Assembly (NCBI GenBank): GCA_965285935.1 | Contig: OZ260662.1 | Coordinates: 86,490,001-86,554,000, forward strand | Direction of reading: 5' to 3' | From: Ophelia neglecta | Lineage: Eukaryota | Length of the DNA: 64,000 nucleotides | Shown: positions 38,701-51,900 of the stretch, piece by piece | Numbering within the stretch: position 1 is the stretch's first letter | How the letters are laid out: each line of letters begins with the position of its first letter | Made by a program: the position numbers and the translations under genes | The notes under the pieces: model-generated | The model's input: the letters and a program-made list of their open reading frames with translations, nothing else | What the model was told of the DNA's origin: nothing | Databases searched by the model: none

Positions 38701-41700
38701 CAAACAACAGCTACACGAAGAACGATTACAAGAAAAAATCAGTAGCTATATACACCTATGGTAAATCCCGATTACACCGGGAGCGAACTATCGGCCAACC
38801 GAACTGCCTAATCTCTGCCGTCATTTTGATACAAAATGGGTGACACAAGGAGCAAATAACACTGGAAATATATTAAAAAACACAGTGCATATCTTCGTCT
38901 ACCGATTGAAATAAGTGACCAATGGTGACATATGATGCTAGCTCGTCCGACTTTTAGGCATTTCAGGACTTTTTTTCGCAACGTAGCAAACTGCTGGCCG
39001 CGTACGCACGCGGCCATAGTCGGGACCAAAGTCTCCCTCGAAAGATCCCCAGTTGATTGGGAACCGCTGTTGAGGACCGACGATGTAATAGGTGTGACAG
39101 GTAAGGAGATGAGGAGCATGTGCTGTTTGATTGTGACCAGTATAGCGAAATTTATAAGGAACGATTTCTATATGTGGAAAGTGGCAGTGAGAATATTTGT
39201 ACATTGTTGAATATTGATTCAGTCTATAAGGAGCGCAAATAACCTCGGATTGATTATCAAAAATCGTTTATGATTCACAGAGAATTTGTGAATAGTTAAA
39301 CATATTTGAACGGGATCAGTCGATGTTTCATTTTTGCTGCATGTATCACACGTAATTCTTCACATTATTAAACTTGTAAATCTTCTAGTAGTGTAACTTT
39401 TATTACTTTCTGAGTGAATATGTAGGCTATTTATCCTTTTATTCATACCAGTAATCAACATGTTATTACTTAAATCATAAAATAAACCATTGAACCATTA
39501 ACATCCACATAAATCCACTTGAAGGAAAGGACAAAGTAAATGATTTACAATCAACAGGAATACATCTACCACTCAAAGTCTAAGCAAGGCCCTTATTACT
39601 GGAACATCGGTCTGACAGTCTATACTTCCGCACCATTGCAGACAATGATTTATAGAGATTATGCTGACTCGGTCACTGGTCTTTGCAAATGTCACCAAGC
39701 TTTGGCCTCACGGTATGCATGCCACACAACATCAATATTATCCTTCATTATACCCTTGAAATAAATCACTGGACGAAAATGGGTGCAAGGCCAAAAGTGT
39801 TTGTTATTATGATGCCGAAAAGCTTTTAGATATCACATCTTGTCTTGTGGGAGGATGCTAGGCTGTTAGTGTCTAAATGTTATCACCGAGCGAAGAGGGT
39901 GGATACCTGGTATACTAGTCCAAGCCAGCTGTCATGGCGACAACCATGCAGCCAACTCTAATAAACACCAAACCAGCCGCACAGATATTGTGAATTGCTC
40001 CTGCCGCCATCCTTATTTCATTAAAATACCACACATCAATGACACCTCACAGGTCAAATCAATTGCGTAAAAACATTGATAAGTAAAATAAGAGTGTAGG
40101 GCCTGTGTACAATGGAATCGGCAAACTATTGGCGTTTTGACAAATGAAAACTTCTAAAAGTAAGGGGAGTTTTTTAACTGTAATTTTATGCAAAGACGCT
40201 TCTGACGTGAAATAATAATAAATCCTTCCATCTTTTTTTGTTAATTATCATCTATATATTTATACATATTGACCTATAAATTCAGTAAATAATCCCCCCC
40301 CCCCCCGCATATTTCTGATTTGCTAGCGTGAATTGAGCTATGCAGTTTGTTCAAAGCTATAGTCCAGTAGCAGGGATTTAATGGACACGGAAAATTAATG
40401 ATCGTTTATAACCGAATGGTCAAAACCGGAAATATGTAGCCCACTGATAGGTAATTTCATGCCCGATTCTGCGCGAGGCTAGATAGCGGTAGTACAAGGA
40501 AAAATTGCCCATTATAGATAATCCCCGAGAAATGGGCATGTATGCAATCTGTCGACAGCGGACCGTGATCTGCTGGCTATAGGCCTATAGTTATATGCGC
40601 TACACACGTTTCCTCTGTATATAAAGCCGCTCCCAACAAAAACAGTTCGTTCGCCTTCAAATGAAGGGGCAGGAAATCATTAAGGATTTAATAAGATATT
40701 TGCTATGATATGCTTTGTTATACAGAATATTGTATAACCGCTTCCCTATACTCTACAGTCATGCACATAATGTTATAGACCTCTTTGTATAACGATAATT
40801 TAATATCAAATAAGGCCAAGACCAAGTTCATGTACATCCGCATATGTAAGTGTAAAGCAGAGTGTAAGAGGATGCTCTAAGTCCGTTAGGCACTAGGACT
40901 GCTTACTTCTCCTAAGCCTACCCGATACTATAACCTCTGTAACAATAAACAACAATAATCACAGGATTTGCTGCATGTGTTCTAGCTCGAATCGCTAGTG
41001 AAACACTTGATTTAGAAAGAGAGCCGCAACACAAATAGCTAGCAACATGTTTAGGCCTATTCCAGAACATCACAGAAGAGTTCAGATGGTCGGCCTTACT
41101 TTGAACTTGTTTATCTTAACTTGTCAAAGAAAAATTTCTATAAACTGATAAGCTTGTACGCGGTCAGAATCTCATTCCGGTTCCACTAAGTATATCAGAG
41201 TCGTCCATACTTTGATGAGTAAGCCATATCCATCAACAAGTCCCGGAAAACGTGATAATTAGATTGTAGTGATGATATTTTCAAAATAATTTTAATGCGA
41301 GATAGTATTGGTTCTTCTCAGATTTAGTTATAATGAGTTGTTTTCTATTTGAATGCCATCTGGTGGCCTGTTGGTGCCGACAAGCGGTGCCATACCATTG
41401 GTGGCTCGTATTATCACTCGCCATCCTTCACCCGTTATCTTAAGATATCAGAGTGGGCGGTATTTTATTGACAGGGAGAGTGTTGTAATCAAAACCCTTC
41501 AGCCCATGTGTCATAGTACTACTTACCTGCATCTGTCTTTATTTCTGCACTCCCAATATCACTCTTCAATTTGAATTTACAGTATAGGGCTATAATCAAA
41601 GGAATGAAGCACGGTTGGAAATCGCTAAGAGGTAAAGGCTATGGAAGTGACTGGAACATGAAAAGTCCGGAATACCTAGTGTTATAGGCGATTAAACCTA

Positions 41701-43829
41701 TAGCAATGTGACATGTTGTGTAAAGAATACACAGGTTTTTTTACCTTCTCAAAAGACTTTTTTCTCAGTAAATCTAATTGATCAAATTTTACACCTTATG
41801 CTTAATGGGCCAAAGAAAAATTGGTTGCAGAATCACAATTGCTCGGGACACGCTTAGGATTAGCACCATTAAACCAACCTCTTACAATCTAATTATACAA
41901 TGCTCACCGGGCCAGTAAAATTCTACTAAATAGTTCGCAGAAATGATCAGACGTCTTGGCCACAGCCCACGGGTCCCTACTTCCAAGAGTATAGAGCGAC
42001 TCGGTGGCTTAGTCACAATGCTAAAACACACCCAACCTCTCGTATCCCCTGGCTATAAAAGGCAAAACGAGGCTGAATCGGTCTTTTACGACATCCGGAA
42101 TGTGCGATTAGACTCGCTTACTTTATTTTTTATAGTGTCGAGTTAGTCTCTTTAAAGTGCTTTCTAATTCCACGGTTAGCACGCCACATTGCAGGCTAAT
42201 TGTCAGTGAACATGAACGGCCAAGACAGTATAATCTAGCACTGCTTTGCCTCAACTATTACGAAACTATATAGAGTGTATTAAGGATTGGCGATGGATAA
42301 AAATAATTGTGTAAATAATCGTGTTCCTGGAATTCCGATTTGATGGTTATTCTTGACAGGTTTTCACATTGATATAATTGGGAATGTCCAATTTATTAAG
42401 CTTCAAGGAATATGCCGGTAAATCATTGTCGCCTAAATATAGCCCAGGTTGTCGTTTGGGATGTTGTATTCTTGTGTGGCTCTGATAATATGATATGTAC
42501 CTAATAGGCCCATAACTATTTTGCGGAAACGTGGGCAGTTTGCTATTTTAAGTAAAACCTTTAATATTTATACAAAACTATTTTCCTAATTCCCAAGATT
42601 AAAGGGAATTATAATTACTATATATACGTGCTACTGTGTGTGTGTGTTTGGGGGGGGGGGGGGGGCACGCACATTTCTTGCCACGCCTAACCACTAATAT
42701 AACCCGCACAGACAACCTATTTCGCTTTACAGCATGTACCTGCACCAAGCACTTTCTTCGGAGCGTGCTTTACTTCAGAGCACGATTCTTTAATAGCATT
42801 TCACAGAGGGTTATAATTGGAGAGAGCTTCCGTGCGCGCACACCTCCCCCTGAGCGCTCTTCCTGACCAGCGCGCACTGCCTTATCGGAGGACGCTGGCT
42901 ACCTTATCGGAGTGCGGCGCTCCCTTATCCCACCTTGCCTGCTGCTCGATTCCGGGAATCGCTTTCGGAGGGCTCTTCCTTACGCTTCCTTGCATCGTAA
43001 CTTGTCTCCTTATTGGCACGCGTTTTCCCTTTTTGATCATGCCCGCGGGTCTTCATGATCTGCTTGTTATGTTGTTGTTTGAGATAGACTATTCAAGGGA
43101 ACAGATAATGTTCCGTATGTTTTATCTTCAGAATTGTAGCGATGATGCATCGTGTTAAAGAATGCATTAAATATAAAATGACATCTCCGGTGCTCGCATG
43201 CCAAACGTAAACTGGTGATGGATATGTTGAGCCAGCTCATGGATCTCACGAGATACTACGGCGGTAATCTCGACTAAGGGTGACGACACACCAACGAGAA
43301 CAGATACTAATAGTCATACCAGTCAAATGCCATGTGGAAGGGAAGCTTTTTCATCAGTGTCAGACATAACCAATTTATTGATAGCTTTAGGTAAAACGAC
43401 CTTAAGCAGGAAAAGTGAAATTCTTTTGCAACCAGAACCACATCAACAGCAGACGTGACTTGATTTGACGGAGAACTCCGAGGACGTAAACTCACTAGTC
43501 GGGTCCCATACCTAAATAGATCCAAAGCAGTTCAAGGTTTGTGCTTTGATGGAAACGAAATGACAGATTGCAAGCAGGGCGGAAAAAACATTTCATTTTC
43601 ATCCTGCATAGTCTTGAATTATCACTCCTTGTAAATTGTAACAGCGGCACTAATAAGTGTTGGAAGCTTGGTTCTATTTAAAACACATAATGACACTGAT
43701 TGATATGGGTTCTGCTCATCCACTGAGTATACTGAGGAGTTAGGAGTACATTGTTGCCTTCTTTAGGCGGAGAAGAGCCGATCCTTCTCAGCGTCTTTCA
43801 GGCCTGTGGACTTGTAAGAGGGTAGGATA

Positions 43830-46620
43830 TAGTCTAGTACAGAAAAATAAACACCTACTGCAATTCCATTTCAAAATTAAGCTGTCATTTTGGCTTGCTG
43901 ATTCTAGATATACTGTTTGCCAAGCTCAACTTTGAGTTTCAAAGCCCAAATCACAGAAACGAAATGGCCACCACGTGAATATTATTACTTTTTCCTGTCC
44001 TAGTATAACTGCCAAATACAATGGCACATTAACGTGGGCAAAGATTATTTGGTGGTAAATTGGGGACGGGGATCCAAAATATATTGTTTGCCAAGTTCCA
44101 TTTTGAGTTGTATTCCTTCAAATCAAAGAAACGATATGGCCGCCATATGAATAACATGTTATATTTTTCCTAACCGCCAATAAATTGTAGCTTAAATATG
44201 GCAAAGGACTATATAACGTTTATTTGGGAAGGGGGGGGGGGGGGGGGGCGATAATTCCAAATAAATTGTTTTACCAAGCCCAATTTGAGCCAAAGCCTCC
44301 AAATTAAAGAAACAAAATGACCGCCGTATGAATATGATACTATTCGTCAATACTGTTATTAACAATTTGACATAAAGTGTTGAAAAAGAAACTCGATGAC
44401 CTCCTTTTGACACAATAACTGTTGTTGAAAATGTTTGTTCTGTAGAAAGCAAAAATATGAAATTTACTTTCAAATGTGCTAGAAAACACTGTTTTCATGT
44501 ATACTGAAGCTGCTAAATCAAATAAAAATGCTTCTCAATTAATATCTTTCAAATCAAAAAAATGCCTTTGGTAATCGACAGCATAGTTGGCCTGATCAGT
44601 GTTTTCACTTTAACTATATTACACCCGCCTAAAATAAAGCATACATAGCAAATGTGTATAATAACAAGCGTAGCATACCACCATCTATAGGCCTATAATA
44701 TAGTAACTGGTCATTAATAAAGGCATCTGGATGTATGTTATATATTTTATCAGCTGATTAAATTATTGTTTGATGTATCACAGGGAGTTTGAGTGTCGTG
44801 TTTATCATCCTGCAGCAGCATCTGTGTTGAGCAGGTAAGCCTTCTTGCACCCACATGAAATGATTTCTTTCCAAGATTCAGACATTAGAGGCAGGGTCAT
44901 CAGCTTGGATTAATACAAATGCCAATATCCATTGTCTAGCAATTTCGGAGATGGGGCAACTTCCTGGATCGGTTGTTTTGCCTGCTTACAAGCCATTGTT
45001 CGGTAGTAAGCATGTTTGAGGTGACAGCTGAGCTACATCTGTTGTTGACTGCAATGAGTCCTGAGTCCTAGCTTTTAAAGAACAGTTTTGACTGTGCTTG
45101 CTTGCAAGTTCTGCTAGTTGTACGCTTTACAAAAAAAACGTTTCAGCATTTTTCCAGCTATTAGCGGAAAGAGTGAGGTGTTCTCAAGCAAATTATTGTC
45201 ATTTTTGAAAATCATCCAAGCCGTTATCTTTGTGTGGAATACTCATGGAAGATAGGAATTACTTATATATTAACAACATAACAACATTGTCTACGTTAAT
45301 TAATAACATAGCCCTATATATAGAATCAAGTGTATATAACATAAATTCAGACAGAATAATTCTCGCTTTATGCTATGCATAATTATTGTATGCTACGGTT
45401 ATTATTAATAAACGCTCTATTCCTGTCGTTGGTAAAAAAGAAAAACTTGAAAACACATTTCAGGCCAAGTGTGCTGTTACTTATGACAGATCATTTTCAT
45501 GTGGCCATCATTTTATTCCTATGCTCTGAAGTCTTATCTCTCTCATTAAAAAGATTAGCTTCTATTTACCTTAAGACAGTGTTTGGCCAAGGCTTTCAAT
45601 AAAATTGTTTTCTTACTTTTTACAGAGCCGACTAAAACAATGTTTCATTTTATTTTTACCAATTTTCAATGTCAAAGGTTGACAACAAAATGCCAATAGG
45701 TAATATGGACTAATTGTGTTGACATCAGTACCAAAAGTAATTCGTAGTAACAATTCATTGCCAGTTAAAGTATTGCAAGGGTAATGTCAATGTTAATGTC
45801 AATGTAACAAGGTGTACCGTTTTTTTCATTGGTTTTAAGATTTGAAATTCTAATTGGGCTTGGCCGACAATTTAGTTGACCCCAAATTGTCCACAAAATA
45901 TCATTTGCCAACTTTTGTGTACCATTTGTTGTCACTTATACCAGTACAAATGAGCCTTTTTATATTCATACGGCGGTCATTTTGTTTCTTTGATTTGATG
46001 GCTTAATTAAAACTTAAAATTCAGCTGTGATGTGGAGTCAGTACCTTCAAAGTTCCTCCATCATCTCGTTTACCAAATTGTATCTGCCATTTATTTACAG
46101 TTTAAATCACTGCATTTCAATAGTATTACATATATATCTAAATGACGGTCATTGAGTTTCTTTGATTTGAAGGCTTAAAACTTAAAATTGAGCTTGGCAA
46201 ATCATTTATATGGAATCATCACCTCCAAATTACCCCCAAAAGTTATTCTCCATTTTATCTACATTATATTGGCAGGTTCACCATCACAGGAGAAAATTAT
46301 GGTGTTAATGTTCATAAGGCGTCCATTTTGTTTCCTTTATATAAAACTTAATATTGAGCTCGGCAAACAATTTATTTTGATTCACCACCCTAAACCACCC
46401 CGAGTCATTTGCAAACTTTTGTGTCCCAGTTATTGGCAGTTATATCAGTACAGGCGAATATAATAATATTAATATGATGGTCATTTTCTTTCCTTGATTT
46501 GATGGCTTAAAAATCAAAATTGGGCTTGGCAAACAATTTATTTGGAATCAGCAGCCAAAAATTACAATAAGAAAGTTGGTTGCCCAACTTGTAACACAAC
46601 ATGCCCGTAGTAGGCCTAAC
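43830..46620 (-). mobile_element. Academ-type DNA transposon (internally deleted) with long inverted arms built of ~166-183-bp subrepeats
   Basis: Left arm has 3 subrepeats (TTGCCAAG anchors ~43917, 44088, 44271). Right arm has ~5 inverted copies (CTTGGC anchors ~45859, ~46025, 46193, 46359, 46525). Internal minus-strand remnant 44780-45110: KLFFKART.DSLQSTTD...HLKHAYYRTM..KQA...P.SP...KLMTLPLMSESWKEIISCGCKK..CST.RCCCR. This matches the LPPT.DA..H.KRA.YQ..W...C.CK..C...C.C Cys-rich C-terminus of AcademX proteins. Exact termini uncertain. Confidence 0.8.
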
Positions 46621-48119
46621 TATTTCTAGGCACAAATTCAGAAATATGGACTAGACCGGATATTGGCGAGGGCGGCGTGAGGTTGTCGGGTGGAGGTGGC
46701 TAGGATGATAGGGGCGGTGGATTAAGATGACCTTTTAACAAAAAAGGGTCATATGTGTGCAGACACACAATTCTACATTCCTGGACCCGCCCGTTGGAAG
46801 CCAATGCAATTACAACTGACCACCAGACCCGGTAATTCACCCAGAAAAGTGGCTGCAGCTATAGGGAACGTGATGTTCGCCAAACACGTAGTGAGACAAC
46901 GCCTGTTTACCCCCGAGATCGTTTATCAAGACGTAGGCAATAATGATTCATGAGGTGCACGGCGTCATTCATGAACCAATGATAAAAGGCCACCGAAGCG
47001 TGTCACAGACCGGATGTACTGCCCGGCTGCTGCTAGATGAAGGCAGGGTAGAGACAGCTAACAAAACCAAAATACCTCTTGTGTATACGGGAGGGAGTCC
47101 GGGAAGGAATGTTATATAGACTTAACTACCATTCTGGTAGACAGCCGAACAGAGCCATTTTCGGGTTGCATGCAGTCAGTCTTTTTATTTTAAAATGGCG
47201 ATGCAGAGAAAGTTGGAATTCACCGGCTCCCGAAAATATACACGACTTACTTAAGGCAAGATGGCTGGTTGCTGAGAGGCAACTACTACCTTAATTTTTA
47301 CTGTGTATTGAATAAAAAATCATTAATTGAGATTTATCATCGCTATCTGCTAATAACAAACAGCCTGAGTGTAATTTGTAAAACTAGCCAAATCAGTTTT
47401 TCGCTTCAAAATCGACAGTGGGGAACTGGAAATTTCCATCAGATTGGGCCATACTGGCTCGGTAGTGGGGAATGAAATGGAATCCATTATCCAATTAGAT
47501 ACCAAAAATGTGAAAACTGCAGGTGAAGCAACTAATATCAAACCGTTGTTAACGGTAGCTACTTCTCGGAAAGAATTTGTCACCAGCTAAACAATCGTCG
47601 CTTATTCAAATGAATAAATGCGAGGATGTTTAATGTAAATCAATACATTTCTGGCGCATATAGGCCTATTGTATTAATTTTAGCATGCAGTATTCTCGCC
47701 ACATAGCGGTCGTTGATGAAAATGATTTCGACAGTTCCTATGGGCAGATTTATTGATTTGAGACTGATTAGGACTAAATGGCCTGTTCAGGTATCATCAA
47801 AATCATAGTATAATTTAACTTTTATACTGTAAAACACGACATTTTTGCGCAAATCTAACTTAAATTGAGGTCGTACAATAACAAATTGATCGCGTTTAAA
47901 TAACATAAAGTGAAAAATTTAGTAAACACTCCTCATTGTTAGTGTAATGTTAAACCTGCCAATCCACGCTATATTATTGTACATCTGGGCATTTTTTATG
48001 TGTAATTTCAGTGAGTAGTGTTGTATTATACGTAATCATAACACACTACTGCTACAGTGGCGAGTATGAAATGAGTATAAGTTTAATACTCGTAAAAAGA
48101 AACAAATAAAAGTTGTGCT

Positions 48120-48940
48120 TGGTCAATAGTCCCCCGTCGCCTACATGGACATGAACGTTCCACATAGACAATCGGGGCAAAGGGTACAAGGTCACCCATT
48201 TTTTAACTCATCCACATGAGGTTCAGACCTTTTAATTTAACCACCGTAATAACAGAATACAAACAAATGCATGACAAACACCTTTAAACACATGCGGTTA
48301 GGCTGCATTATTAATAATAAAAAATATTGATAACACATAAACGTGTTAATAGTTAAGAAGACCACTTTCAATATCTTGATTTGGCGATTTGATTACTTTT
48401 GTATTGCTATCTCAAATTACTGCGATATGATGGCGGGTAAAGTGATGAACGGACCTTTTTTCTGTGACCTCAATTGAGACGTTCGCCCATTTCTAAACAC
48501 ATCCAATGGCTTGCTGTAGCAAAAAGCTGACATAAGTTTTTTAGTGCTAGCTTGATTTTATACGACATGATTAGGAGTACAGTGATTCTTTTGGTCTGTG
48601 ACCTTGAGATATAAGCCAAGGCTTCCCATCTTCGAATTCATCAGAGATACTTATGTAGTGAATAACCGCCACAAGTTTGGTACATACGTTTTGTAGTGCT
48701 ACATGATTGCGAGTATACTGATTGACAGACAGCGATTTACTGTTTTTTTTCTGTCTGTAACCTTGAGAAATAGGCTAAGTTCACCTTTCTTTGAACTCAT
48801 ATAAGGCACCGGTGTATTTAAATGAATGACATAATTTCGGTGACTGTAGCTCAAAGCAGTGCCAGGTTATTGTGAGTACAAAATGTTTCGGGCGGACGAA
48901 CGGAAGCATTCCTGTAGTACCACGACGGTTGACTAATAAA
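48120..48940 (+). mobile_element. Helentron/HINE-like non-autonomous element (GTGACCTTGA tandem core)
   Basis: Repeated TGTGACCTTGA..AAGG-TCACC..GAACTCAT..AAGTTTGG units at ~48465, ~48598, ~48757, followed by a GGAC/CGGA microsatellite remnant (48891-48905) near the 3' end. This layout is typical of mollusc/lophotrochozoan HINEs. Confidence 0.65.
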
Positions 48941-51900
48941 GTAGTGCCATATCATCTAGAGGTAGACCGAAACTAGGTTCTTCCACCATCAGTGGCATCT
49001 GTGCTGATCAGCCTTCTGCCCTGTTGTGCCATTGAATGTCATTGTGACCGGCGACTGGCTCCGAATACGACAATATTTCTACCCAATTGTACCCCCAAAT
49101 CACACATTGAAAAGCCAACTGGAAGTAATAATAAGGTTAAAAGAAGAGGTACGATTTGAATAAGCCCAATAGTTGTTTTAGGACAGCTTAGTTGGCCTAG
49201 TGTGAATATAGCCATTCTTAAATTGGAATCTTTTAAAACTGCGAGAACCGCAAATTTGTATTCCATTTATTCAATCAGAAATATCAAATGACCATCCCCG
49301 CTTATAAGTCTTTGAAATACTGCACTCTAAATTCATAACAAGACGTCCACTTCAATTATGAACTCTCCTGTCGTCCGACACATTGTGCTAGACGGCTGTA
49401 ATATACACGTCTATTTCTCATAATAGCGCCTCTTGTGTATCCAGCAGGATACATTTAATTAGCCACTTTTTCCAGCAGTACCTAATCCCACTTAATGGTT
49501 TCCTAAAAGCCTCTTTTTTTACAGGATCTATGCACAGTTTTTTTTTAACATAGAAAGAGCATTCTGGTCGACTTGTTTACGTGCAAATATGTGCTTTGTT
49601 TTTAACACCAGAAGCAACCACAGCCATACAAACATGAAATATTGAGATCTCTCAAAGAGGAAAACAATGTGAGGAAAAATGACCCCTGCCTATAGCATCT
49701 CGTTGGCATCAGTAACAAAATCTAATCACAAACTATTCAGCGATCCCGAAGTACACTTCTACTCAAGTCCCCTCCTAATGAACGCATGTAAATGGCTTTA
49801 AATGGTCCACTAGGATGGATGATGAGCTTGATTGGCATCCAAGAAGGAAAGAAGGACTGTGGGGGAGCTCGCCGTAACGCGGAGGGATCGTGCCCGAGGG
49901 ACCATCGCCATTTCTACGGTGTACCGATCTACTCGCCATTTTATTACAGGAAATAAAAAAACTTCGCCTATCTTGGACAGAATATTGACTGGAACACATA
50001 ATTCATCAAGTATTAGCCGCTTAGCTTGTTCGCCTGCAGGTGCTTACAGCAAACTGGCAGCATTCGCAATAGCTGACCATAAACAACAAAGTTTTCATCT
50101 TAGACATAGCCAATGCGGACATTACAAATCTTATATGACAGGCCAATATCAGATTTCCGACAAATTATGGTGCTTTATATGGCAAAGGGCATACAAAGGT
50201 GGGATGTTCATGTGTAAATGGTCAGAAAAAACACCTGAATATATAACAGGGGCTTTACAATGACGTCTCAATGTCATTATTTAACTAATTATAGTATAGC
50301 AAACAAAGAAGTCTCTCATACTTTACAGCACAGATGGAACATCTTTTTGTTTATGACCAGGCGAGCTGAGCCTTCTAGAAAATGCTGTTTTCCATTCCCC
50401 GCTGTCTCATTAACTGTGAAGACAATCGCTCGCCTTGGGGGTGGAAGGTTTACCCCCATCTCCCTTTTTATACTCAATATTCGCCAGATCCTAGACACAC
50501 CAGCAATGGAGCTGATAATCTATCGTCATGAGTTGATTACTAATAAGATGGCCTGAGTTTGCTAGCATCTTTGTAGATTGGGTCACCCTTTGGCCCACAT
50601 CTTGCAGCTGATAGGGGCCTCTTTCTTCATATAGTGCCCATCTCCTTGGGCCAGATCAGCTCTTCATCACCAGCGTCTGGGTCTGCTGTGAAAGAAAACA
50701 AGGCTCTTGTGGCCAACTTGTTTTCTCATCTTCTGCAACATATATATGCCTTGACCTATTTGAAAATATGGCAAAGAGAAAACGCAGTACCTTAGTACAT
50801 TGTGTTGAGGAGAAATCGCCAGTATTCTAGGACGGCAAACATTGGTACTTTGTGCACAGATAACCCCTGATTCATTCTGAAAAACTCTATCAATCAGAAT
50901 GACAGTCATGTCATTTTTCCTGTGGCTGAAGAGCGGAGAAGGAGCGATAATGATTTAAACTCGTAATGACAGACAGACAACTGACCGCGTACTATCAGAT
51001 CCTATAGCCATGAATTTACGACACTTGATACCACTCTAATAGAATACGTGGGTAATCGGGCATGTGCAGTTTTCCATGGGCGTCGTTTCACTTCCGGTCG
51101 TTACCCTATCGTTTGGTGGACAGACTGTGTATTTAGTAGCGGAACCAGTCTTATCATAGTGCTGTGACGTTATCTGTTGACCTTCCCAACAAAGTGGCAG
51201 TTGACCCCAACTAGCCTTCAAAACATCTTGATTAAGCGATCGGTCAAAAACGATACAAATTTACGAATTCTGACCGTGCCTTCTGATTGGCTGTTTCACA
51301 CTACTGTCCGTCTGCCATCTCCGACACATATTTTGGTCAACTAGAGCATCCGGGGTAGGCGAATAACGAGTTGGTTCCGAATCCCGGGCCAAGATTGGGC
51401 CGAGATGGAATGGAAAGTTTCTACCAATTCTGTTTGTCAGCAATGTTATGGCTTTACACCAGTAACTCGTCACATAAAGAAAAGCAAAAAAAAAAATCTA
51501 AAATACCGTTTGGATGCAGAAATCACAAATCAAATTGCTGCTGACGTCACTTCCTATGAGATTGGTAGTGGCTTCCCCGGCATTCTCGTACTGCGTACGA
51601 GGACCATTTTACATTGTAACGCTAACTTTAGTAATGAAGGTATGTTCTTTGTCTATGAAATAGTTTTCTTTATTATTTATTTCTCCTTATGTACCGCTTT
51701 TGGTAAATTCATTTCCGGTACTGGCATCAGCTCCATTTTCACATATTCGAACCTAAGCGCGTTTCGTGACGTCAGATATCAAGTGCAAGGAATTTATTTT
51801 CCTGTCGCGGAAAAGTCATATTCTGCGTATAAGGGGAACCAAAAAACTACTAGAAAAAAGTTCTTGTAGGGTATGGTGTCAATGGATTAAATACGGCTGA

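Noticed and set aside
43560-43612. gcag|GATGAAAATGAAATG.. as another exon-3 copy
   Set aside because: DENEMFFPPCLQ has no loop-D Trp and no GT donor.
48802-48820. TAAGGCACCGGTG similarity to miR-124
   Set aside because: Mismatched beyond the seed, no hairpin, and lies inside a HINE-like repeat.
50700-50740. tgcag..GATGAGAAAACAAGTT as a mutually exclusive alternative exon 3 (like insect alpha6 3a/3b)
   Set aside because: Translates DEKTSWPQEP, lacks the T.N.W motif, has the wrong acceptor phase, and has no donor at 45 nt.
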